Shown in pieces: positions 20,701-27,664 of a DNA stretch of 32,000 bases. The translations under genes were made by a program, and so were the position numbers. The DNA is from Alkanindiges illinoisensis DSM 15370 (lineage in GTDB: Bacteria; Pseudomonadota; Gammaproteobacteria; Pseudomonadales; Moraxellaceae). A model generated the notes under the pieces. It saw only the letters and a list, made by a program, of their open reading frames with translations, did no database searches and was not told the origin of the DNA. Location: contig NZ_JHUX01000004.1 of assembly GCF_000619845.1 (NCBI RefSeq), positions 1-32,000 of the forward strand. Reading direction: 5' to 3'. How positions within the stretch are numbered: position 1 is the first letter of the stretch; the number at the start of each line of letters is the position of its first letter.

Positions 20701-20865
20701 AGCCAGAACGCCGTAGGTACCGGTGTACTGGGTGGAGTGATTTCTGCCACATTCCTTGGTATCTTCTTTATTCCCATTTTTTACTTCTGGGTACGTCGCC
20801 TGTTCAAGGGCAAGACGGTTATTGCAGAAGACCATCGTATTACTGATCAGACTCAGGAGCCTTAA
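17713..20865 (+). CDS. adeJ: RND multidrug efflux transporter, AdeJ-like (AcrB/MexB family)
   Basis: 1050-aa ORF starting '[24 protein letters not shown]'. It has extensive blocks identical to my recollection of AdeJ, including '[15 protein letters not shown]', '[19 protein letters not shown]', '[18 protein letters not shown]' and '[28 protein letters not shown]'. Confidence 0.9.
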   Translation: MSRFFIDRPIFAWVIAIVAMLAGIISVLNMPIAQYPTIAPPTITVNAIYPGASAKTAEDSVTQIIEQQMNGLDGLQYISSQSSGDGRSTVTLSFIQGTNPDIAQVQVQNKLQAATPLLPEEVQRQGIRVTKSGASFLQVLAFVSEDGSLSGGDIKDYVTSTIADPLSRVEGVGEIQVFGGSYAMRIWLDPAKLMSYQLTPADISTAIRAQNTQVSVGQLGGAPSVAGQQLNATINAQSRLQTPEEFRNIFLKTMPNGAQVRLQDVARVELGSDNYQFDSRFNGKPAGGVAIRLATGANALDTAEAVEARMQELRKNYPAGLKDVVAFDTTPFIKISIEDVVKTLLEAIVLVFLVMFLFLQNWRATIIPTLAVPVVILGTFAIINLLGFSINTLTMFGMVLAIGLLVDDAIVVVENVERVMQDEKLSPVEATRKSMGQISGALVGITTVLSAVFIPMAFFGGSTGVIYRQFSVTLVTSMVLSVLVALIFTPALCATILRKSDVDHHNKKGFFGWFNRNFEKASHGYQGFVDKLLHHTIPVGIVYAAIIAILAVLFIRMPTAFLPNEDQGVIFTLIQLPPNATLDRTNKAIEQVNYYYLNHEKDVVESVFSVAGFSFTGIGQNAGIAFVKLKDWDERTSADFKVPALVQRSMGALSQIKDTAYVLPVAPPAVIELGTANGFNLQLKDVSGMGHAKLVEARNMLLGMAGQASDTVVRVRPNGQEDTPQYQINIDQAQAGAMGVSIADINSLMSTAWGGTYVNDFIDRGRVKKVYVQGDTEARMTPEDMNKWYVRNSQGAMIPFSAFATGQWSYGSPRLERYNGVSSVNIQGEAAPGVSSGDAMRAMEQMIAKLPPGLDYEWTGLSLEEQSSGAQAPMLYTLSLLIVFLCLAALYESWSVPFSVLLVVPLGILGAVLFTTLRHLSNDIYFQVAILAVIGLSAKNAILIVEFAKEQQEAGRELRVAILEAVRLRLRPIVMTSLAFGFGVIPLAISNGAGAGSQNAVGTGVLGGVISATFLGIFFIPIFYFWVRRLFKGKTVIAEDHRITDQTQEP

Positions 20866-20867
20866 GC

Positions 20868-22370
20868 ATGCGTTTAACAGGGTCAACTTATGGTCGGGGA
20901 CTGGCGCTTGGTGCGCTGGCCCTGGCGATTGCAGGTTGTCAGAATCTGCGTGGGCCTGAGCCAGGTTCGTCGGTCGCTGTCCCAACGGTTTACCAGAACC
21001 TGCCGGATGGTTATGAAGGCGCAAATGGCCCGACCATTGCGTCGCAGGGCTGGCAGGAGTTTTTCAGCGATAGCCGCCTGCATCAGCTCATTACGCTGGG
21101 TCTGGCCAATAACCGCGACCTGCGTACTACGGTGTTGAATATTGAGCGGGCGCGCCAGCAATACCGTATTAGCGATAATGCCCTGCTGCCGACTGTCAAT
21201 GCATCGGCAGGTGCAACCCGTCAGGAAACAGTTCAGGTGAATGACCCCTATACCACCTATTCGGTCGGTCTGGGTGTGACTGCCTATGAGCTGGATTTCT
21301 TTGGACGGGTGCGTAACCTGCGGGATGCCGCACTGGATACCTTCCTTGCCACCCGCAGTGCCCGTGACGCCACCCAGATTAGCCTGATTGGCCAGATTGC
21401 TCAGGCATGGACTGCCATTTCCTACGATATGGCACAGTTGCGATTGGCCGAGCAAACCTTAACAGCGCAGGAAGAAGCTTACCGCCTGAACAGTCGTCGC
21501 TTTGAAGTGGGTATTGATAGTGAAGTCACTGTTCGTCAGGCGCAGATCAGTGTTGAAACAGCGCGGAATGACGTTGCTGCCTTCAAGACCCAGATTGCCC
21601 AGGATCGTAACCTGCTGGAACTGCTGGTTGGCCAGCCAATTCCCACCGACTTGCTGCCGACCACACAACTTGACCGGATTACCCGTAATACGGTACTGGG
21701 TGCTGGCCTGCCTAGTGACTTGCTGCAAAATCGACCTGATATTACCAATGCCGAGTACCAGTTACGGGCGGCAGGCGGTAATCTGGGTGCAGCACGGGCA
21801 CGGTTGTATCCCAGTATTAGCCTGACCGGTTCTGCAGGTCTGGCCAGTACGGATTTGTCTGATTTGTTTAAGAGTGGCTCGTTTGTCTGGAGTATTGGTC
21901 CGCAACTGGACTTGCCCATTTTTGATGCAGGTACCCGTCGCGCCAATGTCAGGATTGCCGAAGTGGATCAGGACATTGCACTGAACAATTATGAAAAATC
22001 CATTCAGACCGCATTTCGTGAAGTCAAGGATGTGCTGGCTACCCGCGCCACCATTAATGACCGCCTGAGTGCGCAAACCCGTTTGGTAGAAGCCACCAAT
22101 ACCAACTATCGCTTGTCAAATGCACGCTTTAGGGCAGGTATTGACAACTATCTGACAGTACTGGATGCCCAGCGTAGCCAGTATGCTGCACAGCAGTCTT
22201 TACTGTCTTTGCAGCAGGCCAATCTGAACAGCCAGATCAACCTGTATAAAGTACTGGGCGGTGGTATTCAGGCCTTTTCAGCCGCCAATACTAATGCAGA
22301 TAGCGCTGTAGTAGCACCTGCAAATCCAACGGCTACCCCAGTAGCTAGCACAACATCCACTGCCCCTTAA
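20868..22370 (+). CDS. adeK: RND efflux outer-membrane factor lipoprotein, AdeK-like (OprM/NodT family)
   Basis: 500-aa ORF starting 2 nt after adeJ, with lipobox 'LAIAGC'. It shows the two OEP repeats typical of NodT/OprM-family proteins, with 'NRDLR', 'LLPTV', 'YELDFFGRVRN' and 'LYPSISLTGSAG'. The C-terminal tail is rich in Ala, Thr and Pro. Confidence 0.85.
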   Translation: MRLTGSTYGRGLALGALALAIAGCQNLRGPEPGSSVAVPTVYQNLPDGYEGANGPTIASQGWQEFFSDSRLHQLITLGLANNRDLRTTVLNIERARQQYRISDNALLPTVNASAGATRQETVQVNDPYTTYSVGLGVTAYELDFFGRVRNLRDAALDTFLATRSARDATQISLIGQIAQAWTAISYDMAQLRLAEQTLTAQEEAYRLNSRRFEVGIDSEVTVRQAQISVETARNDVAAFKTQIAQDRNLLELLVGQPIPTDLLPTTQLDRITRNTVLGAGLPSDLLQNRPDITNAEYQLRAAGGNLGAARARLYPSISLTGSAGLASTDLSDLFKSGSFVWSIGPQLDLPIFDAGTRRANVRIAEVDQDIALNNYEKSIQTAFREVKDVLATRATINDRLSAQTRLVEATNTNYRLSNARFRAGIDNYLTVLDAQRSQYAAQQSLLSLQQANLNSQINLYKVLGGGIQAFSAANTNADSAVVAPANPTATPVASTTSTAP

Positions 22371-22403
22371 GGGGTGGTGAATAATGTATTAATAACAGAC
22401 CAT

Positions 22404-22432
22404 AAAAAACGGGACGCATTGTCCCGTTTTTT
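22404..22432. terminator. Strong bidirectional rho-independent terminator (adeK on + strand, small Cys4 ORF on - strand)
   Basis: aacgggac (22408-22415) pairs with gtcccgtt (22421-22428) around a 5-nt loop. A-runs and T-runs on both sides extend the stem. Confidence 0.85.
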
Positions 22433-22488
22433 ATTGCCCGCAGCTTTGCCATTGATAATGTGCTTAGGCAGCAGATGGACAAATAATA

Positions 22489-22695
22489 TTAATGTTGCGG
22501 ATGCAGCCAGCGGCTCTGAAGCCATGCCCCGGGTTTTTTTAATTTGTCGGTAAAGTTTGCATGGCGGTATTTCCAGGCATCCTGCTGACAGCGACGACAA
22601 ACCGGGAAATCATACTTTCCCTGTGACGGATAAAGCACCGTATTGTAATCACAATTGCGGCAAACAATTTTTAAGGGTAATACTGGAAATGTCAT
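22489..22695 (-). CDS. Small Cys4 (CxxC-X17-CxxC) zinc-ribbon-like protein, function unknown
   Basis: The ORF-track frame runs 22489..22704 from a GTG. I prefer the in-frame ATG at 22695, which has GGTGA/AGGGG upstream and gives 68 aa. The product contains 'CRNCDYNTVLYPSQGKYDFPVCRRC' followed by a basic tail, and the gene ends about 55 nt before the bidirectional terminator. Confidence 0.45.
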   Translation of the reverse strand: MTFPVLPLKIVCRNCDYNTVLYPSQGKYDFPVCRRCQQDAWKYRHANFTDKLKKPGAWLQSRWLHPQH

Positions 22696-23387
22696 TTTCA
22701 CCACGCCCCTGATTTATAACCAAATTAACCAGCATACTTTTAGTGATAAATGGCGATTGCTTAGAAGAACATCCACATTATTAACTATCATTTTTAGCCG
22801 TAGTGTTATCACACGACGCTTAAGCAATCCCATCCTGATCTTAATAAAACTTATTAAGTAAAACTTTGCTATAACATTTTAATAAGTTTTAGGCGAAACA
22901 AATTTACTTAAAATCTTTTCTTTAAGCAATAAAAACATATAAGATAAACAACCATTTGTCTTTTTAATAAGCATTTCAGTGAACAAATGTATTCTTATGT
23001 AATCTTATTTCAATATAATATTTAGCTGAGCTTAATAATAATTCTACTATAGTTACCTGTAAAATTGATCACTGGTTTTTAGATTAGAACAGAGGTAGTT
23101 AAAACTAGTTTTATTAAATTTTTATGAAGAACTAAAAATTAATATGCTTGAGCCAAATAACTTAAAAAACAGCTAATTTTCTCTGATAAAAACATTACGC
23201 TAAAAAATTGACATAATTGACAGGTTTTCTGGCATATTTGGTCAATACAGGGTATGTATTGTCAACATTGCGCTGTCGTTAGTGGTCATAATGGCAGGTC
23301 GTACCCTACTGATTCATACAGGGATTTTTTTCAGGGCCACCCTATAAAACCCTGAGCATAATCATAAAGATATAAAGGAAATAGTAC

Positions 23388-24947
23388 ATGCTTGGGCAAC
23401 AGGTTAACTTGCAGGCGCTTGCCGATACCCACTGGGATGTGGTGGTGATTGGTGGCGGTATTACCGGAGCAGGTATTTTTCTGGAAAGCGCACGACGCGG
23501 GTTAAAAGTGCTGCTGCTGGAACAACAGGATTTTTCATGGGGCACTTCAAGCCGTTCCTCCAAAATGGTGCATGGCGGCTTGCGCTACATTGCACAGGGT
23601 GATATCCCGCTCACCCATCACTCGCTACAGGAACGCGAACGCCTGCTCAAGGAATTGCCGGATCTGGTGGTGCGCATGTCGTATTTTTTCCCCATCCGCA
23701 AAGGCCAGTTTCCGGGCCGCCTGTCCATGCAAATGGTGATGATTGCCTACGATGCGCTGGCCAGTATCAAAGACCATGAATGGCTGGAAGCCGATGCGGT
23801 CAAAACCCTGTTTCCAGCCCTGAATAGTAAACAGCTCAAGGGTGCATTACGCTATACCGACGCGCTTACCGATGATAGCCGTCTGGTCATTCGGGTACTT
23901 CAGGAAGGCTGTCTTGAAGGAGGTATGGCGCGTAATTATAGCAAGGTAACTGTCATTGCACAGCAGGAAGATGGCAGTATGTTGCTACAGGTTAGCGATA
24001 CCGCCAACTTCCCTTCCAGTCAAAATTGTGCCAGTCAACAAAATCATCACATTAGAGCCAGCCATGTGTTTAATGCTACCGGGCTATGGGCTGACCAGTT
24101 ATCCGGCACTGCCCCGCGTATTCGTCCGCAACGCGGCAGTCACTTGTTTGTGGCCAAAGATCGCCTGCCTATTGATAGCTGCCTGACCCTGCTGCATCCG
24201 GATGACAAGCGCTATGTATTTGTCTATCCGTGGAAAGGCGAAACCTGTATTGGCACAACCGATCTTGATCACCGCTTTGATATTGATGAAGAAGCCTTTT
24301 GCACCGAACAGGAAGTGGATTATTTATTAAAGCTGGTAAATCATGAGTTCCCGGACGTCAATCTTGAGCGCAGGGATATTCATTCCACCATGGCTGGCGT
24401 GCGGCCCATTATTGCCTCTGGTGCCGGGCGCGACCCGTCAAAAGAGCGACGCACGCATCTGGTTTGGCAGTCCAATGGCATTATTTCTGTGTCTGGCGGC
24501 AAACTTACTACTTTTCGGCAAATTGCGCTGGATGCACTGGCAGCAGCTGGAATCATTGATGAGGCAACCCATAAATCCCTGTTAAAAGGCAAAACAGGCC
24601 GCTGCTTTAACCATCAGCTGGATACACCAAAGATATTGGATCAACCGCTGGCTGGCATTGCAACTGGAGCAGAACTGGAGCAGCAGGTGCGCTGGATTTT
24701 ACAGCATGAAATGGTGCAGCATCTGGATGACCTGATGCTCCGGCGTTTGCGGGCTGGCAACTTATTACCTGATGCCGGGATGAGCCTCTTGCCACAGCTT
24801 AAGCCCCTATGTCAGCAGGTTTTAAAGTGGAATGAGCAGCAGTGGCAACAGGAAGTGAACCGCTATCAGGCCATTTGCCAGCGTTATTACCAGCCGCAAG
24901 CTGCCGAAGCACAAGCATTTATTGCCGCGCAACCTTTGCAGGCGTAG
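23388..24947 (+). CDS. glpD: FAD-dependent glycerol-3-phosphate dehydrogenase/oxidase-like flavoprotein
   Basis: 519-aa ORF. The dinucleotide fold is 'DVVVIGGGITGAGI'. 'GTSSRSSKMVHGGLRY' parallels E. coli GlpD 'ATSSASSKLIHGGLRY'. The C-terminal region is helical. No glpK, glpF or glpR gene is adjacent, so the substrate assignment is tentative. Confidence 0.65.
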   Translation: MLGQQVNLQALADTHWDVVVIGGGITGAGIFLESARRGLKVLLLEQQDFSWGTSSRSSKMVHGGLRYIAQGDIPLTHHSLQERERLLKELPDLVVRMSYFFPIRKGQFPGRLSMQMVMIAYDALASIKDHEWLEADAVKTLFPALNSKQLKGALRYTDALTDDSRLVIRVLQEGCLEGGMARNYSKVTVIAQQEDGSMLLQVSDTANFPSSQNCASQQNHHIRASHVFNATGLWADQLSGTAPRIRPQRGSHLFVAKDRLPIDSCLTLLHPDDKRYVFVYPWKGETCIGTTDLDHRFDIDEEAFCTEQEVDYLLKLVNHEFPDVNLERRDIHSTMAGVRPIIASGAGRDPSKERRTHLVWQSNGIISVSGGKLTTFRQIALDALAAAGIIDEATHKSLLKGKTGRCFNHQLDTPKILDQPLAGIATGAELEQQVRWILQHEMVQHLDDLMLRRLRAGNLLPDAGMSLLPQLKPLCQQVLKWNEQQWQQEVNRYQAICQRYYQPQAAEAQAFIAAQPLQA

Positions 24948-25093
24948 TGCTTAAATTACTCCCTGACTATGAGCAGCCTGCACTCATCTCGCCATGTCAT
25001 ATATAGTTAATTACAGGGAGATTAATGCTGATATGGTCTTTGCAGAGTGGCTATTTTTTTGGCACACTCACTTAAACTTTAAGTGTTTATACA

Positions 25094-25462
25094 ATGCAAA
25101 CCACTATGCCCTCAAATCTGCTATTAAGTAATCTGGAAAGCCTGCCCGGCCATCGTATTATTAAACAACTGGATGTGGTGTATGGCAGTACGGTTCGCAG
25201 CAAGCATGCCGGCCGCGATATTCTGGCTGGCCTGAAAAATATTGTGGGTGGAGAACTTACCGCCTATACCGAACTTCTGGAAGAATCACGGCAGGAAGCC
25301 ATTAGCCGCATGACTGAGAAAGCACGCCTGCTCGGTGCCAATGCCATCGTTGGTATCCGGTTTTCCACCTCCAGCATTGCACAGGGCGCAGCCGAGCTGT
25401 TTGTCTATGGCACCGCAGTCATTGCCGAACCTGAACACATGCCGCCATTTCCGAACTCTTAA
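25094..25462 (+). CDS. ybjQ: YbjQ-family (UPF0145) protein, soluble paralog
   Basis: 122-aa ORF. 'GLKNIVGGELTAYTELLEESRQEAISRMTEKARLLGANAIVGIRF...YGTAV' is colinear with E. coli YbjQ '[45 protein letters not shown]...SGTAV'. Confidence 0.8.
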   Translation: MQTTMPSNLLLSNLESLPGHRIIKQLDVVYGSTVRSKHAGRDILAGLKNIVGGELTAYTELLEESRQEAISRMTEKARLLGANAIVGIRFSTSSIAQGAAELFVYGTAVIAEPEHMPPFPNS

Positions 25463-25484
25463 TCACTGATAACAGGTTTACGGC

Positions 25485-25955
25485 ATGGAATTTTTAATCA
25501 AGCTGGTGATTTTTGCTTGTCTGTTTTGCATTGGCTGGTATTTTGGCCGCCGCGCTGAACACAAGCATTTGCAGGAGCTATTGACGGCTGAGGCAACCCT
25601 AAGTCATATCCGGCTGGGCAGTCGCCGCTTTGAAACTCGCCAGCAGCCCGGCCAACTGGTTACTGCCAGCGTGGTCATTTCACATGATTATTTTAAATGG
25701 GTCTGGTCGCAGATTCACAACTTTTTTGGTGGTCGGCTGACCACCTATGAGAGCCTACTGGATCGGGCGCGGCGTGAAGCCATTGTACGCCTCAAGCAAC
25801 AGGCTCAAAAAATGGGTGCCTCGGAAATTCTGGCGCTACGACTGGTTACCACCGAAATTGGCGAACAGGGAGGCATGGTAGAAGTACTGGCTTACGGTAC
25901 TGCCATTATTTCCAGTCAGCCCAACCAGTCTGCCGCATGGCCGCCGATTCCCTGA
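25485..25955 (+). CDS. YbjQ-like domain protein with an N-terminal transmembrane anchor
   Basis: 156-aa ORF starting 22 nt after the first YbjQ gene. The N-terminal helix is 'FLIKLVIFACLFCIGWYFG'. The C-terminal part, 'FFGGRLTTYESLLDRARREAIVRLKQQAQKMGASEILALRL...YGTAI', follows the YbjQ pattern. Confidence 0.7.
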   Translation: MEFLIKLVIFACLFCIGWYFGRRAEHKHLQELLTAEATLSHIRLGSRRFETRQQPGQLVTASVVISHDYFKWVWSQIHNFFGGRLTTYESLLDRARREAIVRLKQQAQKMGASEILALRLVTTEIGEQGGMVEVLAYGTAIISSQPNQSAAWPPIP

Positions 25956-25987
25956 GCTTTAGAGGTAGTTGTGTTCATATTGAACAG

Positions 25988-27664
25988 TTAAGAAGTGCTG
26001 TCGGAGTGATGATAAGTTCCGGCATATTGCCTGTACCACTCTACAAATTTTTCTGCGGGCAATGGCTTGGCAATCAGATATCCCTGCGCCATGTCACAGC
26101 CCAGCGTGGCCAGAAACTGGTAAATTTGCTTGTTTTCCACCCCTTCTGCAATCGCTTTTAGTCCCAGATTATGCGCCAGCATGACTGCTGCTTCCATAAT
26201 ATAAACAGCGCCCTGATCTTCCGGCAGACGGCGTACAAACGACTGGTCAATTTTAAGCACAGAAATGGGTAACTGATGCAAATATTGCAGCGATGAATAA
26301 CCTGTGCCAAAGTCATCAATGGAAATTACAATTTTTAGCTGGGTCAGGCGTTTAAGCTCGTCAATGGTATGTTCAACATCCACCATCAATGAGCCTTCGG
26401 TAATTTCCAGCTCAAGTAACTCACCCGGTAAATCATACTGGTTGAGCAAGCGCACCACTAAATCGGTAAAACCCGGCTGTAGCAGATTGCGGGTAGAAAT
26501 ATTGACTGAAATCGACACATCAATTCCGGCTTTTTGCCATGCTGCGAGCTGCTGGATTGCCTGCTCCAGCACGAATTCGGTGATCACATCAATCAGGGTG
26601 CTTTGCTCGGCACGCGGTATAAACTTGACTGGTGGAATCATGCCACGGCTTGGATGCTCCCAGCGAATCAGTGCCTCTGCTCCATAAATCCTGCCCGTGT
26701 CAATTTGCACCTTGGGCTGGTAATGCAGCGCCAGTTGTCCCATTTTTAACGCATGTTTGAGCTGTCCCAGCAGGCTAATGTTTTCTTCGGTTGCAGTCTT
26801 GATGGCCGGATTATACGCCACCATGTCACGCGAGGTTTGCTTGGCCACAATTAAGGCAGCTTCGGCCATATTGATGCAATCTTCCGGTAGCTCCTCAGCA
26901 TCATTGAAAATAAAGTAGCCAATACGTGTATCAATATGAATCTTCACGTTATTATATAAAACAGGCTCCCGTGAATCTTCCAGCAAATTAGCCAGTAACG
27001 GATCAATTTCGCTATAACTTACGCGGAATAGCAGGGAAATCTGGCTTAGGTCGGTATGGAAAATCTTCACCTCTGTGCAAAGTCTGGAAAAGCGGTCAGC
27101 CAACTGCAAAATGGTTTGCTCTACTACGCTCGAACCAAAAGCTGACTTTAGTTCAATTTCATTTTCACAGCACACCACCACCAGCAAAAAGGTACGTGCC
27201 TCATCCCCGGTAATGTCATATTGTTCCAGTGTTTTAATCAGTGCATTCCGGTTGGGCAAATTGGTGAGTGTATTATGCTGGAGTAGCCATTTAAGACGCT
27301 GCTGATAAGAACGCGCACTGTCACTGGTCAGACCTGCCAGAAAACCGATCAGGGTAAAAACAGTGAGCCTGAAGGTCCAGTTACCGGCACTGTGCGAATC
27401 ACCACCAATCACATCATGCAGCATATACGGCCCCAGCATGAAACCTGCGACCAGCCCGGCCAGTACACCACCCCGGAAACCAAATACAAAGCCAGCCAGT
27501 AATACAGGAATATACATGGCATGCGAATAGCCCAGCTTTACGCCCCCGGTATGGCTAAACAGGAAAGTAATGCAAATCATCAGCACAATAATTAAAGGTA
27601 ACGTGACTCTTTCCACCATCTGCCGATGTTCGTCAATCCAAATCAGAAATATTCCCTTTTTCAT
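25988..27664 (-). CDS. Membrane-anchored c-di-GMP phosphodiesterase: N-terminal ~4-TM domain, degenerate GGDEF domain, intact EAL domain
   Basis: 558-aa ORF. The EAL catalytic set appears complete: 'EALIRW', 'SVNIS', 'ELEITE', 'IDDFGTGYSSL', 'KIDQSF', 'EGVE' and 'QGY'. The GGDEF-like region starts 'LTNLPNRNAL', but the signature position reads 'HTDLSQ' instead of GG(D/E)EF. Confidence 0.8.
   Translation of the reverse strand: MKKGIFLIWIDEHRQMVERVTLPLIIVLMICITFLFSHTGGVKLGYSHAMYIPVLLAGFVFGFRGGVLAGLVAGFMLGPYMLHDVIGGDSHSAGNWTFRLTVFTLIGFLAGLTSDSARSYQQRLKWLLQHNTLTNLPNRNALIKTLEQYDITGDEARTFLLVVVCCENEIELKSAFGSSVVEQTILQLADRFSRLCTEVKIFHTDLSQISLLFRVSYSEIDPLLANLLEDSREPVLYNNVKIHIDTRIGYFIFNDAEELPEDCINMAEAALIVAKQTSRDMVAYNPAIKTATEENISLLGQLKHALKMGQLALHYQPKVQIDTGRIYGAEALIRWEHPSRGMIPPVKFIPRAEQSTLIDVITEFVLEQAIQQLAAWQKAGIDVSISVNISTRNLLQPGFTDLVVRLLNQYDLPGELLELEITEGSLMVDVEHTIDELKRLTQLKIVISIDDFGTGYSSLQYLHQLPISVLKIDQSFVRRLPEDQGAVYIMEAAVMLAHNLGLKAIAEGVENKQIYQFLATLGCDMAQGYLIAKPLPAEKFVEWYRQYAGTYHHSDSTS

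Noticed and set aside
20883-22076. Minus-strand ORFs of 89-190 aa antisense to adeK (20883..21455, 21459..21728, 21536..21946, 21762..22076), plus similar ones inside adeJ, the thiolase and fadB.
   Set aside because: These are shadow ORFs inside well-supported genes. They have no start context and no motifs, and their Arg/Gly/Cys-rich composition is typical of antisense frames.
22367-22600. A 77-aa minus-strand ORF overlapping the 3' end of adeK and the Cys4 ORF.
   Set aside because: It reads straight through the strong bidirectional terminator hairpin (22404-22432) and into adeK, and it has no motifs. The alternative Cys4 frame is more plausible.
22655-22861. A 68-aa + strand ORF at the left edge of the long AT-rich spacer.
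   Set aside because: It overlaps the start of the Cys4 ORF on the opposite strand. Its composition is AT-driven (Ile/Leu/Thr/Asn/Lys), it has no Shine-Dalgarno, and it is not distinguishable from chance.
25972-25986. A short palindrome TGTTCA-tat-TGAACA between the convergent YbjQ-like and EAL genes.
   Set aside because: It has only 6 AT-rich base pairs with a 3-nt loop and no U-tract, which is too weak to call a terminator or operator.
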